From Flavobacteriales bacterium (lineage in GTDB: Bacteria; Bacteroidota; Bacteroidia; Flavobacteriales_F; PHOS-HE28): 43,149 nucleotides of DNA. The DNA lies in NCBI GenBank assembly GCA_044229215.1, contig JBGATL010000014.1, positions 1 to 43,149 of the forward strand, written 5' to 3'. Under the pieces are notes generated by a model. That model saw nothing but the letters and a program-made list of their open reading frames with translations. It was not told the origin of the DNA and did no database searches. This document shows positions 37,299 to 43,149 of this stretch, piece by piece. A program made the translations under genes and the position numbers. Within the stretch, counting starts at the first letter, position 1. Every line of letters begins with the position of its first letter.

Positions 37299-37648
37299 GC
37301 ATGAACAACGACCCGCACACTGGCCAGTTCACTAATGGCAACCCTGGTAGACCGAAGGGCACGAAGAACACCCGGACCCTGCAATGGGAAGAGCTGGGCA
37401 AAGAGATTACTGAGGCGAACGCCGGGCGGTTCAACGAACTGTTGGGCAGGTTGTGGGATAGTGCCGACCTATCCGATCAACTGCGGGCCGCTGAACTATT
37501 CCTGAAGGTGGCCGAGTTCTTCAAACCGAAGTTGCAGCGGATCCAAACGCCGGACCTGGAATGTGCCCCACGGCCTATCCATCGGATCATCATTTGCGAG
37601 AAGGACCACGGGGAGGATGGAACTTCAGGCGAAGACGGCGAACCGTAA
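37295..37648 (+). CDS. DUF5681/small-terminase-like protein, copy 1
   Basis: GQFTNGNPGRPKGTKN...AEFFKPKLQR; ATGA-coupled to rep. Confidence 0.75.
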   Translation: MSMNNDPHTGQFTNGNPGRPKGTKNTRTLQWEELGKEITEANAGRFNELLGRLWDSADLSDQLRAAELFLKVAEFFKPKLQRIQTPDLECAPRPIHRIIICEKDHGEDGTSGEDGEP

Positions 37649-37703
37649 TTATCGGCGGGTCTACGGTAGTGGATCACCAGAAAAGAACAGAGCAAGAACA
37701 GCA

Positions 37704-38042
37704 ATGGCAACGCAAACCGCCCGGCGCGGCACCTTCAGAAAAGGAGCATCCGGCAACCCCGCAGGCAGGCCCAAGGGCACCCCGAACAAGATCAACGAAC
37801 GCATCCGCGAAACCATCCACGCGGCCCTTGACGAAACGGCCCCGGACGTGGTGAAGTGGATCCGGCGGCTGGGCAAAGAAGATCCCAAGGGAGCGTTGCA
37901 GGTCTACGCCGCACTAGCAGAGTTCGCGCTACCGAAATTGAGCAGGCAGGAAGTGAAGGCCGAACTGGATGCCGAGGTGAAACACACGATAACGTTCATG
38001 CGGGGTGGCAATGTGATTACTCCCGGCCATGAGGCCCGCTAA
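37704..38042 (+). CDS. DUF5681/small-terminase-like protein, copy 2
   Basis: FRKGASGNPAGRPKGTPNK...AEFALPKLSR. Confidence 0.8.
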   Translation: MATQTARRGTFRKGASGNPAGRPKGTPNKINERIRETIHAALDETAPDVVKWIRRLGKEDPKGALQVYAALAEFALPKLSRQEVKAELDAEVKHTITFMRGGNVITPGHEAR

Positions 38043-38126
38043 GGTTGAGGGCAGCCCCATTCCGGCCCTGTTACCTGCCTTCCTGCTCCTTAGATCACAC
38101 ACCCTAAAAAGGGAGGAAGGGGATAA

Positions 38127-38148
38127 AAAGGGTCAACAAAGGGTCAAC
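38127..38148 (+). repeat. Two tandem AAAGGGTCAAC repeats (putative arm-type sites, right)
   Basis: aaagggtcaac-aaagggtcaac, same orientation as the left set. Confidence 0.8.
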
Positions 38149-38154
38149 ACCTTC

Positions 38155-38201
38155 AAAACGAAAACGCCGGAAACCCTTGCTATTGCTAAGGTTCCGGCGT
38201 T
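38155..38201 (-). terminator. Element-supplied terminator downstream of tRNA-Glu
   Basis: Stem aacgccggaa..cctt / aaggttccggcgtt, followed by T-rich ttcgtttt on the minus strand. Confidence 0.7.
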
Positions 38202-38206
38202 CCGGT

Positions 38207-38222
38207 TGTAGCCCGTAGGGGA
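38207..38222. repeat. att core overlapping the tRNA-Glu 3' end
   Basis: tgtagcccgtagggga, identical to 32285-32300. Confidence 0.93.
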
Positions 38223-38280
38223 ATCGAACCCCTGTTTCATCCGTGAAAGGGACGCGTCCTAACCCCTAGACGAACGGGCC
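38209..38280 (-). tRNA. tRNA-Glu (UUC)
   Basis: ggcccgttcgtctaggggttaggacgcgtccctTTCacggatgaaacaggggttcgattcccctacgggcta folds as a cloverleaf with a TTC anticodon and TTCGA T-loop; CCA not encoded. Confidence 0.97.
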
Positions 38281-38308
38281 ACGATGTCAATTCCCCCGAA
38301 AGGGACGG

Positions 38309-38316
38309 CAAATGTA
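38309..38316 (-). promoter_or_regulatory. -7 box (TACATTTG) of tRNA-Glu
   Basis: Consensus match; its 16-bp context is identical to the rpmH promoter. Confidence 0.7.
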
Positions 38317-38333
38317 TACAGATCGATCCAATT

Positions 38334-39041
38334 TCAATGCGGTTCGTCATTATCAGCCTGGAACCGGAACCCCAAGCGCTTCCCCGTGCTCAGTTTCATG
38401 TTGGCGTTCAGTTCATTCACCTCGCTCACGGTGACCTGTTGCACCTGGTCGTAAGGCGGGGCGAGCAGGTCGAATTCCAGTACATAGCTGATCAAGGAGT
38501 ACAACAGTTCCCTGAGCCGATCCGGGGTCATCACATTCCCCGCCAGGTCGTTGTAGAGGAACCCCATCTGCCGCTTGCCCTGCACCATGAAGTGGTTCTC
38601 CTTGTTCAGAAAGAGCCGGGCCACGAGGTAGCCCAGGTCGCGTTCCCGGTTGTACTTGAACGAGTCGGTGAGGAAGTTGTAGATGTTGATCACCCCGAAG
38701 AAGCCCCTCAACTCCTCTTCGGAGAGGTAGCTGGTGCGCCAGAGGCTGTGGCTCTGGTCCAGCCGGAAGATGTTGGTGTGCATGTGGAACAGGAGGGTAT
38801 CCCCCGCCACCCGCAACTCGCAAGCCCACTCCCCCTTGTCGGTGAAGGCGAAGACCAGGCGAGGGTCCTTGCCGCTCACGTCCTTCTCCAGGTCCGCTGC
38901 GATGGCCTGAAGGGCCTCCTTCATGTTGGACAGCAGGTCGTAGGTGAGCCGGTACACGTCCTGCTTCATCGCCGATTTGGCCAGCAGGGTGGTGGTGATC
39001 TGGTCGCGCGGACCCGGTTGCGGCTTCTCGGTCTTTGCCAT
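38334..39041 (-). CDS. Conserved hypothetical protein
   Basis: Coupled to the proS stop; host-like codon usage; HMHTNIF, YNFLTDSFKYNR and GKRLGF segments; no function recognised. Confidence 0.8.
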   Translation of the reverse strand: MAKTEKPQPGPRDQITTTLLAKSAMKQDVYRLTYDLLSNMKEALQAIAADLEKDVSGKDPRLVFAFTDKGEWACELRVAGDTLLFHMHTNIFRLDQSHSLWRTSYLSEEELRGFFGVINIYNFLTDSFKYNRERDLGYLVARLFLNKENHFMVQGKRQMGFLYNDLAGNVMTPDRLRELLYSLISYVLEFDLLAPPYDQVQQVTVSEVNELNANMKLSTGKRLGFRFQADNDEPH

Positions 39042-40510
39042 CAGTATGCCCGGGCGAAGATGACACGCTGTTGGCTGGGGGCCCCGGTGACCATGCAGCG
39101 ACCTGGGGTGCGGTCGCCTTCCAAGGGGATGCAGCGGATCGTGGCCTTGGTCTCGTTCTTCACCCGCTCCTCGGTCTCCACAGTGCCATCCCAGTGAGCC
39201 AGGATGAAGCCCCCTTCCTCGATCGCCACCTTGAACTCCTCGTAGGTATCAACAGCGCGGGTGTACCGCTCGCGCATGGCCAGTGCCTTCTGGTACAGGT
39301 TCTCCTGGATGGCCACGAGCAGGTGCTCGATCTTGGCATCGATGTCGGCCATGGCCATCACCTGCTTCTCCAAGGTGTCCCGGCGGGCCACCTCCACCGT
39401 GCCGTTCTCCATGTCGCGCGGCCCGATGGCGATGCGCACCGGATAGCCCTTGAATTCGTATTCCGCGAACTTCCATCCGGGCTTCTTCGTGTCGTCATCG
39501 TCGAACTTGACGGTGATGCCCCGTGCCCGCAGGGCCGCCAGCGTGGGTGCCACGTAAGCCCGAATGGCCTCCAATTGTTCGGCATTCTTCGCGATGGGCA
39601 CCACGGCCACCTGCACGGGCGCCAGTTTGGGCGGCAGCACCAGCCCATTGTCGTCGCTATGGGTCATGATGAGCGCACCGATCAGCCGGGTGCTCACGCC
39701 CCAGCTGGTGGCCCACACGTGCTCCTGCTTGTTCTCCTTGTTGGTGAAGAGCACGTCGAAGGCCTTGGCGAAGTTCTGGCCAAGGAAATGGCTCGTACCA
39801 GCCTGTAGCGCCTTGCCGTCCTGCATCATGGCTTCGATACAATAGGTGTTCACGGCACCCGCGAAACGTTCGCTCGCTGTCTTCACCCCTCGGATCACCG
39901 GTATGGCCAGCCATTCCTCAGCGAAACGGGCGTACACCCCCAGCATGCGTTCGGTCTCCTCCACCGCTTCCTGCTCGGTAGCATGTGCGGTGTGGCCCTC
40001 CTGCCAGAGGAATTCGGCCGTGCGCAGGAACAGGCGTGTCCGCATCTCCCATCGCACCACGTTGGCCCATTGGTTCACCAGTAGCGGTAGGTCGCGGTAG
40101 CTCTTCACCCAGCCCCGGTAGGTGTTCCAGATGATGGTCTCGCTCGTGGGGCGGATGATGAGCTCCTCCTCCAACTTCGCGGTGGGGTCCACCACCACCC
40201 CGTGCTCGGGGTCGCTCTTCAGCCGGTAATGGGTGACCACCGCACACTCCTTGGCAAAGCCCTCCACGTGGCTGGCTTCCTTGGCCAGGTAGCTCTTCGG
40301 GATGAACAGGGGGAAGTACGCGTTCACGTGCCCCGTCTCCTTGAACATGTCGTCCAGGGCACCGCGCATCTTCTCCCAAACCCCGTATCCATGCGGTTTG
40401 ATCACCATGCAGCCTCGTACATCGCTGTGCTCGGCCAGGTCGGCTTTGAGCACCAGGTCGTTGTACCATTGGGCATAGTCGTCAGCGCGCTTCGTCAAGT
40501 TATCCGCCAT
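39041..40510 (-). CDS. proS: Proline--tRNA ligase (archaeal/eukaryote-like type usual in Bacteroidota)
   Basis: [46 protein letters not shown] and a C-terminal FARAY. Confidence 0.98.
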   Translation of the reverse strand: MADNLTKRADDYAQWYNDLVLKADLAEHSDVRGCMVIKPHGYGVWEKMRGALDDMFKETGHVNAYFPLFIPKSYLAKEASHVEGFAKECAVVTHYRLKSDPEHGVVVDPTAKLEEELIIRPTSETIIWNTYRGWVKSYRDLPLLVNQWANVVRWEMRTRLFLRTAEFLWQEGHTAHATEQEAVEETERMLGVYARFAEEWLAIPVIRGVKTASERFAGAVNTYCIEAMMQDGKALQAGTSHFLGQNFAKAFDVLFTNKENKQEHVWATSWGVSTRLIGALIMTHSDDNGLVLPPKLAPVQVAVVPIAKNAEQLEAIRAYVAPTLAALRARGITVKFDDDDTKKPGWKFAEYEFKGYPVRIAIGPRDMENGTVEVARRDTLEKQVMAMADIDAKIEHLLVAIQENLYQKALAMRERYTRAVDTYEEFKVAIEEGGFILAHWDGTVETEERVKNETKATIRCIPLEGDRTPGRCMVTGAPSQQRVIFARAY

Positions 40511-40607
40511 CCCCGTTCCGTGGTATTATTTTTGTGTGTGAGAAGTGGCCCCTAAAGTACATCACCCGTTGCGGCACCTTGGTGCCGTGGCCAACGCATC
40601 GATCGCC

Positions 40608-41489
40608 ATGAAGACCCTCCATCGGATCCTGCTCCTTTCGGCCCCGGCCCTGTTGCTCGTGTCCTGCGCCTCCATGGGTCCGGGCACCAGTGTGTCCGAC
40701 GATGTGTATTACATGCCTTCCCAAGCACCGGTCCTGGCCTCCACGGCCAAGTCGATCCCCTTGGAAGAGCCCGCGCCACCAGCCCCCGTGCAGGAGGACT
40801 ATTATGACCAGCGCACCTCCAGAGAGGTGGGCATGGACCATGACCGGTACGACAACTACTATGATATGGCCTACAACGACCCGTACTATTACAACTACGG
40901 GCGTTTCGGCTTCAATGCTGCGCCCATGGGTTGGCAGACCGGCTGGAATGGACCCGGATGGGGCGGGGGCATGAGCATGGGCTTCGGGTACGGTTACGGT
41001 TGGGGCAATGGCGTGACCTGGGGTTTCGGCTCCGGTATTTATTCCGGTTGGTACCGACCCAGTTGGCGATACGACCCCTTCTACTGGAATTCACCTTGGG
41101 GCTGGGGCAGCCCGTGGGCGTACAACGGCTGGGGTTATGGGGCCGGCTATGGCTATGGCAACTACCACAGCCCCTGGGGTAACTGTTACGGCTGTTATGC
41201 CCCGGTGATCATCGGCGACGGAGTGGCGAACACCACCGTGGTGCGTCCGCGCCAACCGATCGGTGGCCGCAATGGTAGTGGGACCACCGGAGGCGTTTCG
41301 CATCGTGGCGCCGCCCGCGGCAGGGAGGGGAACCCCACCCACACACGCGAACATCGCATGCCGGAACCCTCGCGGAACGTGGAACGCAGCGCACCAAGCC
41401 GCGGTACGGACTTCGGTGGCGGCGGCGGTAGCCGCACCAGTCCTTCCCGCGATGGTGGCGGAGGCCGCACCAGTCCGGGTCGGCGTTGA
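40608..41489 (+). CDS. Gly/Tyr/Trp-rich hypothetical lipoprotein
   Basis: Lipobox LVSC, DDVYY, aromatic/Gly low-complexity core and an Arg/Gly/Ser tail. Confidence 0.8.
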   Translation: MKTLHRILLLSAPALLLVSCASMGPGTSVSDDVYYMPSQAPVLASTAKSIPLEEPAPPAPVQEDYYDQRTSREVGMDHDRYDNYYDMAYNDPYYYNYGRFGFNAAPMGWQTGWNGPGWGGGMSMGFGYGYGWGNGVTWGFGSGIYSGWYRPSWRYDPFYWNSPWGWGSPWAYNGWGYGAGYGYGNYHSPWGNCYGCYAPVIIGDGVANTTVVRPRQPIGGRNGSGTTGGVSHRGAARGREGNPTHTREHRMPEPSRNVERSAPSRGTDFGGGGGSRTSPSRDGGGGRTSPGRR

Positions 41490-41512
41490 ACCAAGCGAAG
41501 TGCCATACCACC

Positions 41513-43018
41513 ATGGAACGCATCACGCTACGGCTACTGGGCTTGACCTTGGGCCTGTCCTCTCTTGAGATGGCGACGGCCCAGAACGAGGTGGACGCCT
41601 ATCGCTTCGGCCGCACCATGGCCGGCGGCACCGCACGGAGCGCAGGCATGGCCAATGCCTACGGTGCGCTCGGGGCCGATGCCGGTGCCCTGTCGATCAA
41701 CCCGGCAGGCATGGGCCTGTACCGCAACACGGAGATCTCCTTCACGCCAGCGTTGGAAGTGAACACCGTGAACAGCCTGTACAATGGGAAAGAAGTATCG
41801 GACGCCAAGGCCCGGTTCCACTTCAGCAACGTGGCCCTGATCCTGCACTCCCCCGCCGAAAAGGCCGGAAGCCCCTGGCGAAGCGGCACCTTCGGGGTGG
41901 TCTACGACCGGCAGGCCACCCACCATTGGGGTCGGCAGGCCATGGGCGACCAGGTCCGTACAAGCATCCTGGACGATTTCGCCGCACAGGCCGAAGGGAC
42001 ACGCAACGATGATCTGTACGATATGTTCCCGTTCGCGGCAGGCCTGGCCTGGGACACCTATGGGATCGACCCGCTGGATCCTGCGGACAGCTTGGGCACG
42101 AGCTACCTTCCTGCGCTACCTCCGGGCGGCCTGGTGGACCAGGTGATCACCATCGACTCCCGCGGTGCCACCAATAACACGGCCTTCTTCTACAGCGGGA
42201 ACTATATGGACAAGCTGTACATCGGGGCATCGCTGGGCATCGTGGGCTACCGTTACAAGCATGTGCGCCTCCATACCGAGACCATTGCCGACGAGCAGGT
42301 GGACCTGAAGGACCTCAACTACCGCGAGGACCTGTCGATCACCGGGAACGGAGTGGATGTGAAGGCCGGTGTGATCTACCGCTTCCACGATCGTTTTCGC
42401 ATGGGCCTGGCCGTGCATAGCCCCATGTGGATGACGATGAACGACAGTTACAACACCAATATGAGCACCACCTTCCGGACCCCCTCAGCGGTGGATGGCC
42501 GGACGAGCTACTCCTCCGCCTCGCCCGATGGGGTGTTCACCTACAAGCTGGTGAGTCCGATGCGTGCGGTATTGAGCGCAGCCTATCTCGCCGGCGAGCA
42601 TGGCCTGTTCAGCGTGGACTATGAATATGCGGACTATGCCGCCATGCGTTTCCGGCCCAGCTCCCGGATCGACGACAGCTACACCTACACGGCCGAGAAC
42701 GGGATCATCCAGCAGGTGTTCCGTCCAGTACATGGGGTGCGTGTGGGTACGGAATGGCGGAGCAACGGCTGGTACTTCCGCTTGGGCTGGGCGTTCACCC
42801 CGGATGCGTACAAACCATCGGACTTCGCGCATGCCCAGGCCACGCGCACCTATGCGGCGGGGATCTGGTACCGCACCGACCACCTGAGCGTGGACCTCGG
42901 CGGGAACCTGGTGCAGGGCTACGCGAACTACCATCCGTATTCGCCTGCGTTCGCGAACGCGATCCGCGAGGAGCGTGGTACCATGCGCACCCTGCTCACC
43001 GTCGCGTTGCGGCCTTGA
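41513..43018 (+). CDS. FadL/OmpP1-like outer-membrane beta-barrel
   Basis: Signal peptide, GTARSAGMANAYGALGAD...INPAG hatch motif, amphipathic beta-strands. Confidence 0.88.
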   Translation: MERITLRLLGLTLGLSSLEMATAQNEVDAYRFGRTMAGGTARSAGMANAYGALGADAGALSINPAGMGLYRNTEISFTPALEVNTVNSLYNGKEVSDAKARFHFSNVALILHSPAEKAGSPWRSGTFGVVYDRQATHHWGRQAMGDQVRTSILDDFAAQAEGTRNDDLYDMFPFAAGLAWDTYGIDPLDPADSLGTSYLPALPPGGLVDQVITIDSRGATNNTAFFYSGNYMDKLYIGASLGIVGYRYKHVRLHTETIADEQVDLKDLNYREDLSITGNGVDVKAGVIYRFHDRFRMGLAVHSPMWMTMNDSYNTNMSTTFRTPSAVDGRTSYSSASPDGVFTYKLVSPMRAVLSAAYLAGEHGLFSVDYEYADYAAMRFRPSSRIDDSYTYTAENGIIQQVFRPVHGVRVGTEWRSNGWYFRLGWAFTPDAYKPSDFAHAQATRTYAAGIWYRTDHLSVDLGGNLVQGYANYHPYSPAFANAIREERGTMRTLLTVALRP

Positions 43019-43032
43019 GGATGGTTGGTGGT

Positions 43033-43149
43033 TAGAAGCCACCTCAAAATGATCCTTCGGGCTGCGCTGGGGCCTTTTCCGGCCATCCATCGTTGCTCAA
43101 CCCTTACAGAGCGTCCAGCTATGCGCGGGTTTCGCGCCTCGGCTGGCCG
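43033..43149. repeat. Palindromic MITE/REP-like element, truncated at the window end
   Basis: Imperfect hairpin cggcca...aaccc...gggtt...tggccg (43080-43149) in non-coding DNA. Confidence 0.45.

Larger units (their letters stand above)
32285..38222 (+). mobile_element. 5.9-kb integrative element in the 3' end of tRNA-Glu (candidate phage satellite)
   Basis: Bounded by the identical 16-mer tgtagcccgtagggga; contains integrase, excisionase-like HTH, Rep and two DUF5681-like genes, all on the + strand. Confidence 0.93.

Noticed and set aside
32285-38222. Complete prophage, inovirus or ICE
   Set aside because: No capsid, large terminase, Zot-like ATPase, small TM coat proteins or T4SS genes within the att boundaries.
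40940-41200. Gly/Tyr/Trp repeats as a DNA repeat system
   Set aside because: Explained by low-complexity protein coding; codons vary and there is no exact nucleotide periodicity.

Overview
High-GC Bacteroidota (Flavobacteriales-like) chromosomal window, judged from the TAnnTTTG promoters, a T9SS C-terminal domain and a Bacteroidetes-type integrase. The backbone is housekeeping: carB (partial), rpmH, birA, rsfS, ftsH, cdsA, psd, yjjG, upp, radC, rpsT, tRNA-Glu, proS and a FadL-like porin. Three accessory blocks sit in it. (1) A RelE/ParE toxin-antitoxin pair, bracketed by a 10-bp direct repeat and by a diverged duplicate of the 5' end of the downstream alpha/beta-hydrolase gene. (2) A Wzy-dependent polysaccharide locus (wza, wzc, wzx, GTs, wzy, wecG, wcaJ) containing an oppositely oriented T9SS beta-helix enzyme, plus a tightly coupled tailoring operon (wecB, a frameshifted toroid enzyme, DltA-like ligase, DltC-like carrier, GNAT, AAC(3)-like acyltransferase, deacetylase, GNAT) with no DltB/DltD. 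(3) The most interesting: an apparently intact 5.9-kb element integrated in the 3' end of tRNA-Glu, with a 16-bp att duplication and arm-type repeats at both ends. It encodes a tyrosine integrase, a protein with an RteC-like tail, an HTH excisionase, an unknown protein, a rolling-circle-type Rep with an internal iteron/hairpin origin candidate, and two paralogous DUF5681/small-terminase-like proteins, but no capsid or conjugation genes. This makes it a candidate Bacteroidota phage satellite. All family assignments come from reading motifs by eye; no database searches were run.
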